From an uncultured Solirubrobacterales bacterium (lineage in GTDB: Bacteria > Actinomycetota > Thermoleophilia > Solirubrobacterales > Solirubrobacteraceae), in NCBI GenBank assembly GCA_963796645.1, contig CAWCMQ010000013.1, positions 20,318 through 84,317 of the forward strand: a DNA stretch of 64,000 bases, given 5' to 3'. The position numbers were made by a program, and so were the translations under genes. The notes beneath the pieces are model-generated. The model was not told the DNA's origin, did not search any database, and worked only from the letters and a program-made list of their open reading frames with translations. Shown in pieces: positions 9,714 to 18,787 of this stretch; the stretch's first letter is position 1, and each line of letters starts with the position of its first letter.

Positions 9714-11201
9714 ATGGTCGAGCATTCCGAGGGTCGGGACATCGACGCGGCCGGCAGCGACCGTCTCACCGCCCGCCGCCGTCGCGCAGATGCCGAGCAG
9801 AACTTCAGCCGCATCATCGAGGCAGCGGTCGAGCTCTTAGATCGCCACCCGGGCGCGAGCATCGAGCAGATCGCCGCGGCGGCCGGCGTCGGACGCGCGA
9901 CCGTCTACCGCCACTTCGCGACTCGCACCGCGTTGGTTGAAGCCGCGACGCGCCATGCGTTCGAGGACGCGCTCGTCAGCGTTTCCACGACCGAGGCGGA
10001 GGAGTCCAATGACGGCGGACCTGACCTGTTTGGCGTCGTCGAGCTGCTCAACCGTGTGCCGCCTCACCTAATCGGCGACCAGGTGGTCGCCGAGGCGCGG
10101 CGCCTCGCGGGTGTTTCATCGGCGGCGCTGTACGTCGTCGACATTGACGGGTCACGGCTGCTGCGGTTCGCGGGGTCCGAGGAGTTCCCCGCCGAGCTCC
10201 ACGCCCCCTTGGCCGTGGGTCCGGAGCTTCCCCGAGACGGAATCCCGAGCTTGCGCCGCCTCGTCGCCGAACAGCTGCCCGGCACGGTCGCCGCGCCGCT
10301 CTACCTCCGCGGTCGAGCGATCGGGCTACTGCTGGCGGTCGGGGCCAGCGAAAGCTCGCTCGACAATCTCGCGCGTCAGGCCGCCGCGGCCATCAACCTG
10401 GCCGAGAGCTATACGGACGTGTTCGCATTGAGCCGACGTCGTAAACCAATCAGCGCAGCCGCGGAGATACAACAGAACCTACTGCCGCCGCGGGTGGTGC
10501 AGATGTCGGGCGCGGCGGTCGCCGGCACCGTGTTGCCCAGCTATGACGTAGGTGGCGACTGGTTTGACTATGCAGAGAACTCGGACGGCGCCTGGATCGG
10601 TGTCGCCGACGCGACCGGCAAAGGCGCCTCCGCGGCGAGCCTCAGCGCACTCGCGCTGGGAGCCTTCAGAGCCGCCCGGCGGAGCGGCGCGAACCTCGAA
10701 CAGGCGGTCAGCGCCATGGACGATGCGGTCAGCTCGATCAACGAAGGTGGAGCAGTCGTCACCGCCATCATCGGCCGCTGGCACGGGCCCACCGCGACCT
10801 TCGCATGGATCAACTGCGGACATCCCGCTCCCGTGCTCATCACGGCCGACGGAGAACTACACGCGCTTGACGACGGCCGTGGAAGGGCCCTGGGAGCGTC
10901 GGACAACGGACGGGAATGGAGCACCAGCACGGCACGCCTCCAAACGGGGCAACGACTCATTCTCTATTGCGACGGCGTCACCGAGCGACCCGATCAGGGT
11001 GGGACCGAATTCGGACTCGGCGGCATCAAGAACGCGGCCGCTCAAGCTCGCAGCGACTCCGCCCCCGCGACCGCCAAGGCGATCGGGGATGCCGTATCCG
11101 CCGCGTCTGCCGAGCCCCTTGAGGACGACGCGACGATCGTCGTGCTTGTGCCTACAAGCGGCACGGCGGCGTCCGAGTGGGATGGGCGAGAGCGCCGGTG
11201 A
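9714..11201 (+). CDS. TetR-HTH fused to GAF-like linker and SpoIIE/PP2C (RsbU-like) phosphatase
   Basis: N-terminal RADAEQNFSRIIEAA...IAAAAGVGRATVYRHF. PP2C motifs EIQQNLLP, VGGDWFD, VADATGKG, NCGHP, LYCDGVTE, DDATIVV. Confidence 0.9.
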   Translation: MVEHSEGRDIDAAGSDRLTARRRRADAEQNFSRIIEAAVELLDRHPGASIEQIAAAAGVGRATVYRHFATRTALVEAATRHAFEDALVSVSTTEAEESNDGGPDLFGVVELLNRVPPHLIGDQVVAEARRLAGVSSAALYVVDIDGSRLLRFAGSEEFPAELHAPLAVGPELPRDGIPSLRRLVAEQLPGTVAAPLYLRGRAIGLLLAVGASESSLDNLARQAAAAINLAESYTDVFALSRRRKPISAAAEIQQNLLPPRVVQMSGAAVAGTVLPSYDVGGDWFDYAENSDGAWIGVADATGKGASAASLSALALGAFRAARRSGANLEQAVSAMDDAVSSINEGGAVVTAIIGRWHGPTATFAWINCGHPAPVLITADGELHALDDGRGRALGASDNGREWSTSTARLQTGQRLILYCDGVTERPDQGGTEFGLGGIKNAAAQARSDSAPATAKAIGDAVSAASAEPLEDDATIVVLVPTSGTAASEWDGRERR

Positions 11202-11390
11202 GCTGCCACCGCGACTGATGAACGGGCCGGACGGGCCCGCCCGGCCCCATGGACGCTGCGAAGCAGCCCCTCTGGACCCCGGTCGAGACCGTTGTGCGGA
11301 TCCGGAAGGTTTACGCGCGCCGAGCGGCGAGGGCGGTCGGTCGTCCAGGTATCTACGAACGGGACCGGCCTGGCGCCGCATAATGTCCGC

Positions 11391-12098
11391 ATGCCCTCCC
11401 CTCGCCTGCGACTCGCCATATCGGGAACGCTCATGGCCCTCGCAACAACCCTGCTCGTCGCCGCCCCCGCCGGCGCCAGCACGCCCCTCAAACCGTCCAT
11501 CGCCTTCTCGAAACCACCGCCCGGCGTGGTTCGGATCGGTCAGTTGGTCCTGATCAGAGGCCGTGCTCATGATGTGCCGGCGGGCACCACCGTCGTGCTC
11601 CAGGGCAAGCAGCGCAGCGGCTGGGCAAGGCTCGCTCGCCGCGCCGTCGGCCGACACGGGGTCGTCACGGTCCGCTGGACGGTGGCCGAGGGAACGGCGA
11701 TCGGGCCAATCTCGCTGCGGTTGGCCGTGCGCCGGCGAGGCCGGGTGCTGGCCGTAAGTACCCCCGCGCAGTCGGCGATCGGCTCCGCCTACGTGCCCTG
11801 CTCGCGACCCACGCCGCCCTCACGAGTGCCCGACGGCGACGGCTGGATCACCGGCGGCGTCTACGGCGAGGGCGGGCCGTTCCCCGGGATGGACGCGTGT
11901 CTCTCGCAGCGGTACACGATCGAGGCGCTCGATTCGGGCGGATCGGTTGCCGCCCGTGAGACGGTGCCCGGCGGCCATAGCTACACGCTGGTCGTGCCGG
12001 CCGGCAGCTACACGCTGATGAGCTCCGGATGTCGGGGTCGGGCGACGGTGAGAGCTGGCCAGCAGACGAAAGCCAACACCTTCTGCCTCTACCCCTGA
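11391..12098 (+). CDS. Secreted hypothetical protein (beta-sandwich-like)
   Basis: ATG 11391 with signal peptide MPSPRLRLAISGTLMALATTLLVAAPAGA. Four Cys in the C-terminal half. Confidence 0.7.
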   Translation: MPSPRLRLAISGTLMALATTLLVAAPAGASTPLKPSIAFSKPPPGVVRIGQLVLIRGRAHDVPAGTTVVLQGKQRSGWARLARRAVGRHGVVTVRWTVAEGTAIGPISLRLAVRRRGRVLAVSTPAQSAIGSAYVPCSRPTPPSRVPDGDGWITGGVYGEGGPFPGMDACLSQRYTIEALDSGGSVAARETVPGGHSYTLVVPAGSYTLMSSGCRGRATVRAGQQTKANTFCLYP

Positions 12099-12408
12099 GT
12101 CGTCGGGCGGCACCGGTTGGCGCGTGCGGTTCCTCTAGGGCGAGAGGTGATGCTGCGGCCCCCGACTTGATGTGGGATTCCCGCACGGAGAATCGGGGTG
12201 AGCACCGATGACAAAGCGGCCGGACGGAGGATCGTTCTTTGTTCCCCGCAGCACTGAGGGAGGACACATAGTGAGTGCCGAGCATCGTCAAGGCGGCTCG
12301 TAAGCCTGCTGGATGGTGCCCTGTGTGGCACGGATGCTCGCCCGGGCGATGCTCGTCGCCAGATTGGTGCGTTGATGATGTCGGCGCACCCGGAGGAGGG
12401 TCTTCATC

Positions 12409-13086
12409 ATGGCAACCGTCTCGGAACGGTCACCTCGGCAAGAGGCTGAGGCCAATGGCGCGCCACGGCGCGCAACGACTCCTGAGCCCACTGGCGCGCC
12501 GTCGCGCGTGACGACTTTGGACTGGGGCAACTCGGCTCCGCTTGCGCTGGTCGCGTTTGCGGTCACGACTTTCATGCTCAGCATGGTGAACGCGAATGCG
12601 ATCGCCAAAGGCGTGGAGCCTGTGGTGTTCGGCGTCGCGCTGATGTTCGGCGGTCTCACGCAGTTGATCGCGGGCGTCATCCAGTTGCGGGTCGGGAACA
12701 CCTTCGCGGGTGTCTTGTTCTCGGGGTTCGGTGCGTTCTGGCTGTCGCTGTTCGCGAACGTGCAGTGGTTCTTGAAGGATGTGCCGCCGGCGCACGCTGG
12801 GCAGGCATTGGGTTTGTTCCTGTACGCCTTTGGGATCTTCATCGTGATCATGTTGGCGGTGTCGCTGCGCACAAACGCTGTCGTCGTCTTGGCGTTGGCG
12901 ATCCTCGTGTTCGCCATCTTCTTCCTCGCGGCGGGGAACTACGGGGCTAACACCACCTTGATCCATTGGGGCGGCTACACCGGGCTCGCCGCTGCCGCCT
13001 TGGCCTTCTATCTGGCTCTGGCGGAGCTCTGTGAGTCCTCGTATGGCAGAGCCGTGCTGCCGATCTGGTCTCTCGCCCGGCGTTGA
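12409..13086 (+). CDS. satP: Acetate uptake transporter, SatP/GPR1/FUN34/YaaH family
   Basis: GNSAPLALVAFAVTTF signature, GGLTQLIAG, FGAFW, six TMs. GGAGG RBS. Confidence 0.88.
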   Translation: MATVSERSPRQEAEANGAPRRATTPEPTGAPSRVTTLDWGNSAPLALVAFAVTTFMLSMVNANAIAKGVEPVVFGVALMFGGLTQLIAGVIQLRVGNTFAGVLFSGFGAFWLSLFANVQWFLKDVPPAHAGQALGLFLYAFGIFIVIMLAVSLRTNAVVVLALAILVFAIFFLAAGNYGANTTLIHWGGYTGLAAAALAFYLALAELCESSYGRAVLPIWSLARR

Positions 13087-13641
13087 ACCTCCGAGGCCCT
13101 GATTAGAGCGAAGGATGTGAGCGAGTCGCCTTCATGATCGAATGGATACCGGGAGCGGTGGAGACCGAAGCGGTCCGCGAGTTCCGCAACGGCAAGACCT
13201 ACACGACGCGATCGTGGATCCGGCACAGACGCTACTGCAGGGGCCAGCCTCCCGGGTCCCGGCCCGGGAGCGATGGTCGCACCGGTGCCGACCCCGTTGC
13301 AACGTCCCGCGCCTCGGCTTCCGGCGCGCGGAGATCCGTATCGGCGTCGCCGTGAGCCACGTGTCATCCATCCGGTCGTCGCTGGCGCGGGACAACGGCC
13401 CAGCGCATCCGACGCTGACACCGTTGGATGCGAACTCACAAAGCGAACGATCCATACCCAGCGCCACGGCCGCCTCCTCGCCCCGGGCTCCCCCGGTGCC
13501 AGTCACCGGCCCCCGACCCTCATCAGCCACCTTGCAAACCTGCCGTGAACGGTTGAAACTGCGGCATCGACCAGTGCAGGATTGCCGCCGGGTCCAAGCG
13601 GCTTAAGTCTGGGGCAGCGGTCGCTGGCGGCATTGATTTCA

Positions 13642-15246
13642 ATGAGGGTCTTCATTAACTATCGACGCGAGGACAGCGAGGCGTATGCGCGCCTGCTGCG
13701 CGACCGTTTGGCGGGCGTCTACGGCGCGGAGAGCGTGTTTCTGGACGTCGTCGATCTGACGCCGGGGCTCAGCTGGTTGGAGCAGATCAAGGCGAGCAGT
13801 ACCTCATGTGGCGCTTTTCTGGCCCTGATCGGACCGCGGTGGATGGCGACCATGACGGATCGGGCTCAGCGGCGCCTCGACGATGCGCCGGAGGACGTGG
13901 TCCGGCAGGAGATCGAGTTCGCGCTCAGCCGCGGATCTCAGGTTGAGGTCATTCCGCTCCTCGTCGGCGGCGCCCAGATGCCGAGCGGCGACGGTCTGGT
14001 CAGGTCGATTCGGCCGCTGACGTCGTTGCACGCCATCGAACTGCGCCACACCCACTTCGACACCGATCTTGAGCATCTGATTGAGACGCTCAACCGCATT
14101 CAGGAGCAGGTCGGGCCGGATCCGGGCAGATCAGCCGGACCCGCGCCGGGGGACGAAGATCCTGCTGGCCTCACCTCGGCTGGCGACCAGGAACCGGCCA
14201 CTCCTGCGATCTCTCGCCCACCGCGAGCGCCGGCGGCCGAGCCCACACCCGCCACCCCGCCGCCAGGCGCCGCGCCCTTGCCAGATCACGGGCATTTCGC
14301 AACCGTGCTCAGATATCTGCTCGATGACGATGGTCTCGTGCCTGTGCTCGGCCCCGACGTCAACTTCGCTCAGAGCGGCCAAACGGCCGCGAACGGCTCG
14401 GAGACCTTCCCCAATGCCCAGGAGCTCGCGATTGGGCTGTCCAACCGATTCGGCATAGAACCCGTTACCGACGACCTGGCCAAGGTGGCCCAGCAGGTGT
14501 TTCTCACCTGCGGTTCGCCTGACCTCTACCGAGGCCTCAAGCGCCTGCTATCGAGGGATGCAGAGCCCTCGGTCGTACACCGGTTCCTTGCCCAGTTCCC
14601 GCGTCGCCTGGAGGAGCTGGGCCTGCCGAGGCGCCGCCAGCTGATCGTTACGACCAACTACGACAACGCCCTCGAGCGTGCGTTCGATGATGCGAACGAG
14701 CCGTACGACGTCGCGGTGTACATGGCAAGCGGCATCGATCGCGGGCGCTTCGTCCATTTCCCCGTGGATGCCGATCCGGAGGTGATCACGGTTCCGAACC
14801 GTTACGGAAAGCTGCCGATCGACGAGTACGGCGAGGTTCAACGGTCACTGATCGTAAAGGTGCATGGAGCGGTCGACGGGAGCAGCGGTGGCTACCGCTG
14901 GAAGGACAACTACGTCATCACCGAGGACCAGTACATCGACTACCTGAGCCACAGTCCGGTCGAGAGGCTGGTTCCGATCCAGATCCTCGACAAGCTCACC
15001 TCCGCCCACTGCCTGTTCCTGGGGTACTCGATGCACGACTGGAACCTCCGGGTGTTCCTCAAGCGCATCTGGGGGGGCGCTCCGATCCCAGCCAAGTCGT
15101 GGGCGATCGAGCGCGACCCAGAGAGCATGGAGAGCGACTTCTGGCGCCACTCCGGCGTCGATCTGCTTGCGGCGCCGCTGGCCGATTACGTGCAACAGCT
15201 GGCCGAGCAGATGAGACTCGAGTCCGGCACAGCCGGTAGCGCGTGA
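13642..15246 (+). CDS. TIR domain + Pro-rich linker + SIR2-like (SIR2_2) domain fusion
   Basis: TIR: VFINYRREDS, VFLD, ALIGPRW, VVRQEIEFAL (putative catalytic Glu). SIR2: VPVLGPDVN, IVTTNYD, VKVHG, VITEDQY, LFLGYSMHDWN. Confidence 0.88.
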   Translation: MRVFINYRREDSEAYARLLRDRLAGVYGAESVFLDVVDLTPGLSWLEQIKASSTSCGAFLALIGPRWMATMTDRAQRRLDDAPEDVVRQEIEFALSRGSQVEVIPLLVGGAQMPSGDGLVRSIRPLTSLHAIELRHTHFDTDLEHLIETLNRIQEQVGPDPGRSAGPAPGDEDPAGLTSAGDQEPATPAISRPPRAPAAEPTPATPPPGAAPLPDHGHFATVLRYLLDDDGLVPVLGPDVNFAQSGQTAANGSETFPNAQELAIGLSNRFGIEPVTDDLAKVAQQVFLTCGSPDLYRGLKRLLSRDAEPSVVHRFLAQFPRRLEELGLPRRRQLIVTTNYDNALERAFDDANEPYDVAVYMASGIDRGRFVHFPVDADPEVITVPNRYGKLPIDEYGEVQRSLIVKVHGAVDGSSGGYRWKDNYVITEDQYIDYLSHSPVERLVPIQILDKLTSAHCLFLGYSMHDWNLRVFLKRIWGGAPIPAKSWAIERDPESMESDFWRHSGVDLLAAPLADYVQQLAEQMRLESGTAGSA

Positions 15247-18200
15247 CCGACGATCGAGTCGATCCGAGGCTCGCCATCCCAGCCTCGCCGTACGTCGGCC
15301 TCGGCTACTACACCGAGGAGCGAGCGAACGTGTTCTTTGGGCGGGACGCCGAGCGCAAGGTGATCCTCACCAACCTCAGGGCCACACGACTCACGCTCCT
15401 GTATGCGCAGAGCGGTGTGGGTAAGAGCTCGCTCCTGCGTGCCGGCGTGATGCCGGGGCTTCGCGAGGCCGCGCGCACGAACCTCGCCCGCCGGGGCCAT
15501 GCCACCCACATCCCCGTGCTGTTCAGCTCTTGGCGCGACGACCCGGTGGAGGAATTTCGGTCCGAGCTCCAGCACGCGGTCCGTGGGTTCTGGCCCGAGC
15601 GAGAACCACTGGACTTGCCGACAGGCCCCCTGTCCGACGCCTTCAGCCATGTGGCGAAGGCAACGAACGCCACGGTGCTCGTGATCCTCGACCAGTTCGA
15701 GGAGTACTTCCTGTATCGATCCGGAGAGCAACGACCCGGCCGGTTTGCGCAGGAGGTCGCCGACACGATCAACACCCCCGGCCTGCGAGCGAACTTTCTG
15801 ATCGCCGTGCGGGAGGACGCGTACGCGGGGCTTGGGGACACGTTCGGAAGCCACCTCGCGAACGTCTACGGCAACTACCTGCACCTGGAGTACCTCGACC
15901 GCGACGCGGCGCGGCAGGCGATCGCCGGCCCGATCGAGCACGTCGACCTCGGTCAGTCGCCTGGCGATGCGGTGGACATCGAACCTGAACTGATCGATGC
16001 GGTCCTTGACCAGGTGCGGACCGGCCAGGTGGTTTTCGAGCAGGCGGGCAAGGGAGCTGTGTCCGGCCCCAACGGGGCCTCTCCGTCGGTCGATGAGATC
16101 GAAACTCCGTATCTGCAGCTCGTGATGACAACCCTCTGGAAGGCCGAGCTCGGTGCCGGGTCTCATACGCTTCGACGATCGACGCTGGAGCGTCTCGGTG
16201 GCGCCCAGGAGATCGTCCGCACGCATTTGGACCACGCGCTCGGGGTCCTGTCGGACGAGCAGCGCGAGCTCGCGGTCGACATCTTCGACCACCTGGTCAC
16301 TCCGTCGGGGACGAAGGTCGTGCACCGAGTCTCGGACCTGGCCGCGTACAGCGGCCGAGATCCTGCGGAGGTCGAGGCGCTGGTGGAGCGGCTGGCCGGG
16401 GGTGGGCAACGGATCCTGCGTCCGGTTCCGGCGCCTCCGGGAGAGGATGGGCCGCCGCGGGTGGAGATCTTCCACGACGTTCTCGCGCCGGCAATCCTGG
16501 CCTGGCGCACGGCGCAGACCGCCGAGCGTCTCCGGCGAGAGAAGCAGGAGGCCGAGCGCGAAGCAGCGTCCCAGCGACGGCGAGCCCGAACCTTCAGAGC
16601 GATCGCCGCCGTTGTGTCGGCGCTGCTAATAGCCGCAATCGCCGCGGTGGTCGTCGGCGAGGCGATTCGCGCTCGTAACGCGCAGCATGTGGCCCAATCG
16701 CGACTACTCGCCTCGCAGGCAGGTACCGATTTCCAGCTCGGGAAGCTCGACCGCGGTGTGCTCCTCAGCATCGAGGCATACAGAACCGTCCAGACCGCGG
16801 AGGCACGCGGCGCACTCGCGCAGGGGCTGTATCGAACTCAGGGGATGGTGGCGTACTTCGCCGACCACACGGGTGCGGTGTCGAGCGTCTCCTTCAGCCC
16901 GGATGGCAGGACGATCGCGTCAGCGAGCGCCGATGACACCGTGACGCTGCGCGATATCGCGACGGGAACGCTCCTGCACACGCTGCGCGGTTACCGGGAC
17001 GTGGTCACAAGCGTTGCCTTCGCGCCCGACGGACGAACGCTCGCCACGGCCAGCCTCGATGGAACAGTCGGCCTGTGGAACGTCGCGACCGGCACGCGGA
17101 TCCTCACTCTGCACGACCACGCAGGTGGAGTATGGGACGTGGCCTTCGGCAAGAACGGAACACTGCTCGCGTCGGCCGGCGCCGACGGGACGGTGGTCCT
17201 CACAAACCCCTCGACAGGCCGGCGGATTCGAACGCTGCGAGGCCACGCAGGGGCCGTCTACGACGTTGCCTTCAATCCCGCCGGCACAAGCTTGGCGTCG
17301 GCGGGCGCGGACCACACGGTTCGGGTGTGGAACGTCGCGACAGGGCAGACGCTCCATACGTTGCGCGGACACACCGGAGCGGTCAACAGCGTCGCCTTCG
17401 GGGCCGGAGGACGGACGCTCGCGACGGCCGGCGCCGATGGCACGATCCGGTTGTGGGATGCAGCGACCGGCCGCCCGCTACACATCCTGCGAGGCCACCG
17501 CGGGGCCGTGAACAGCGTCGTCTTCAGTCCCGGCGGCGACCTGCTGGCATCGGCCGGCAATGACCATCGAGTGGGACTGTGGAATGCGGCGACGGGGCAG
17601 CTCGTGCGCTTTCTCCCCGCCCAGGCACAGGTGATTGAGACCGTTGCCTTCAGCCCCGGCGGAGCGGTCGTCGCGTCCGGAGGAGCTGATGGTTCCGTCG
17701 TTCTGTGGACCGCGTCGCCGCCCACGCTGCACACCCTGAACGCTGGGCGCGCCGTACTGGATGTCGCGTTCAGCCCCGACGGTAGACAGCTCGCGTCGGC
17801 GACCGCCGGCGGCTTTGTCTTCACGTGGGACGCGGCAACCGGTCGGCCCATCCGGGAACTGGTCGCCCCCAGCGGGGACGCCGAGGCGGTCGCGTTCAGT
17901 CCCGACGGGAGAATGCTCGCCGCTGGGACCACCGGAGGGCGGCTCACGATCTGGGATCCGAACACGGGACGCGTGCTGCGGGTTCTGGCTCCCGGCGCCG
18001 GTGCGCTCTACAGCGTCGCGTTCAGCCCGGACGGCCAGATGCTCGCCGCCGCGAGCGCGGACGGTTCGGTGCTCCTTTGGGACGCCCGAACCGGGGTTCT
18101 TGCGCGCCGCCTGAGCGTCGACACCAGCCCGCTGTACACCGTCGCGTTCAGCCCTGACGGCAGGCTGCTCGCGTCGGCCGGCGCCGATGACGTTGTGACC

Positions 18201-18725
18201 CTCTGGGATTTACGAAGCGGCCGGCGCCGGAGCACCCTCAGCGGGCACCTGGGTGCCGTTGAGGCCCTCGCGTTCAATCCGACCGGGAACGAGCTGGCGT
18301 CGGGAAGCGATGACCACACGGTGATCCTCTGGAACGTGCGGACGGGCGATCAGCTGGGCGACCCGCTCCGCGGACATCAGGACGCCGTGGTCACTCTCGC
18401 GTTCGGCCCGGGCGGAAAGGCCCTGGTCTCGGGCAGTCGCGACGGTACGGTCTTCATCTGGGACGTCGCGGACCGTCTCGGAGTCCCACTTGGACCGTTC
18501 CCCGGAGCCGTCGACAGCGTTGCCCTGGGCTCGTCGCGTCCGGTGCTGGCGGTGGGAAGCTCCGACGGCACCGTGGCCCTGCTGAGCGCGATAGCGGCGC
18601 CGCCCACCGGCCGATCGGTCCAGGCCCGCCTGTGCAGCGTCGTCCGTCGAAGCCTCACGGGCCCCGAGTGGCACGAGTTTCTTCCCAACCGGAGCTACCG
18701 GCGGACCTGCCCGGGGTATGCGTGA
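15243..18725 (+). CDS. nSTAND1-type NTPase + TM helix + 14 WD40 repeats, no N-terminal effector domain
   Basis: SPYVGLGYY..FFGR, Walker A AQSGVGKSS, Walker B ILDQFEE, PYLQL, EIFHD, one hydrophobic helix, 14 counted WD repeats, C-terminal LC..RSLT.EW...Y..TCP. GTGA overlap with the upstream stop. Confidence 0.92.
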   Translation: MTDDRVDPRLAIPASPYVGLGYYTEERANVFFGRDAERKVILTNLRATRLTLLYAQSGVGKSSLLRAGVMPGLREAARTNLARRGHATHIPVLFSSWRDDPVEEFRSELQHAVRGFWPEREPLDLPTGPLSDAFSHVAKATNATVLVILDQFEEYFLYRSGEQRPGRFAQEVADTINTPGLRANFLIAVREDAYAGLGDTFGSHLANVYGNYLHLEYLDRDAARQAIAGPIEHVDLGQSPGDAVDIEPELIDAVLDQVRTGQVVFEQAGKGAVSGPNGASPSVDEIETPYLQLVMTTLWKAELGAGSHTLRRSTLERLGGAQEIVRTHLDHALGVLSDEQRELAVDIFDHLVTPSGTKVVHRVSDLAAYSGRDPAEVEALVERLAGGGQRILRPVPAPPGEDGPPRVEIFHDVLAPAILAWRTAQTAERLRREKQEAEREAASQRRRARTFRAIAAVVSALLIAAIAAVVVGEAIRARNAQHVAQSRLLASQAGTDFQLGKLDRGVLLSIEAYRTVQTAEARGALAQGLYRTQGMVAYFADHTGAVSSVSFSPDGRTIASASADDTVTLRDIATGTLLHTLRGYRDVVTSVAFAPDGRTLATASLDGTVGLWNVATGTRILTLHDHAGGVWDVAFGKNGTLLASAGADGTVVLTNPSTGRRIRTLRGHAGAVYDVAFNPAGTSLASAGADHTVRVWNVATGQTLHTLRGHTGAVNSVAFGAGGRTLATAGADGTIRLWDAATGRPLHILRGHRGAVNSVVFSPGGDLLASAGNDHRVGLWNAATGQLVRFLPAQAQVIETVAFSPGGAVVASGGADGSVVLWTASPPTLHTLNAGRAVLDVAFSPDGRQLASATAGGFVFTWDAATGRPIRELVAPSGDAEAVAFSPDGRMLAAGTTGGRLTIWDPNTGRVLRVLAPGAGALYSVAFSPDGQMLAAASADGSVLLWDARTGVLARRLSVDTSPLYTVAFSPDGRLLASAGADDVVTLWDLRSGRRRSTLSGHLGAVEALAFNPTGNELASGSDDHTVILWNVRTGDQLGDPLRGHQDAVVTLAFGPGGKALVSGSRDGTVFIWDVADRLGVPLGPFPGAVDSVALGSSRPVLAVGSSDGTVALLSAIAAPPTGRSVQARLCSVVRRSLTGPEWHEFLPNRSYRRTCPGYA

Positions 18726-18787
18726 GCGATTCGACTCGTTTCCATCGGCGAACCCGTTCCGTTACCGTGGCTGGGGCCGTGAGCAGG

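Noticed and set aside
11224-11247. GC hairpin GGGCCGG-N10-CCGGCCC after the TetR-PP2C gene as a terminator
   Set aside because: There is no U-tract, and such hairpins are common by chance at this GC content.
13134-13355. Small ORF MIEWIPGAVETEAVREFRNGKTY upstream of TIR-SIR2
   Set aside because: It has a plausible start, but the C-terminal half is low-complexity and no motif is recognisable. It cannot be supported without a homology search.
13642-18725. Assignment to Thoeris, DSR, SPARTA/SPARSA or Avs
   Set aside because: No SLOG/Macro ThsA, APAZ/Argonaute or in-cis effector on the STAND protein is present, and the sensor is WD40 after a TM helix rather than TPR.
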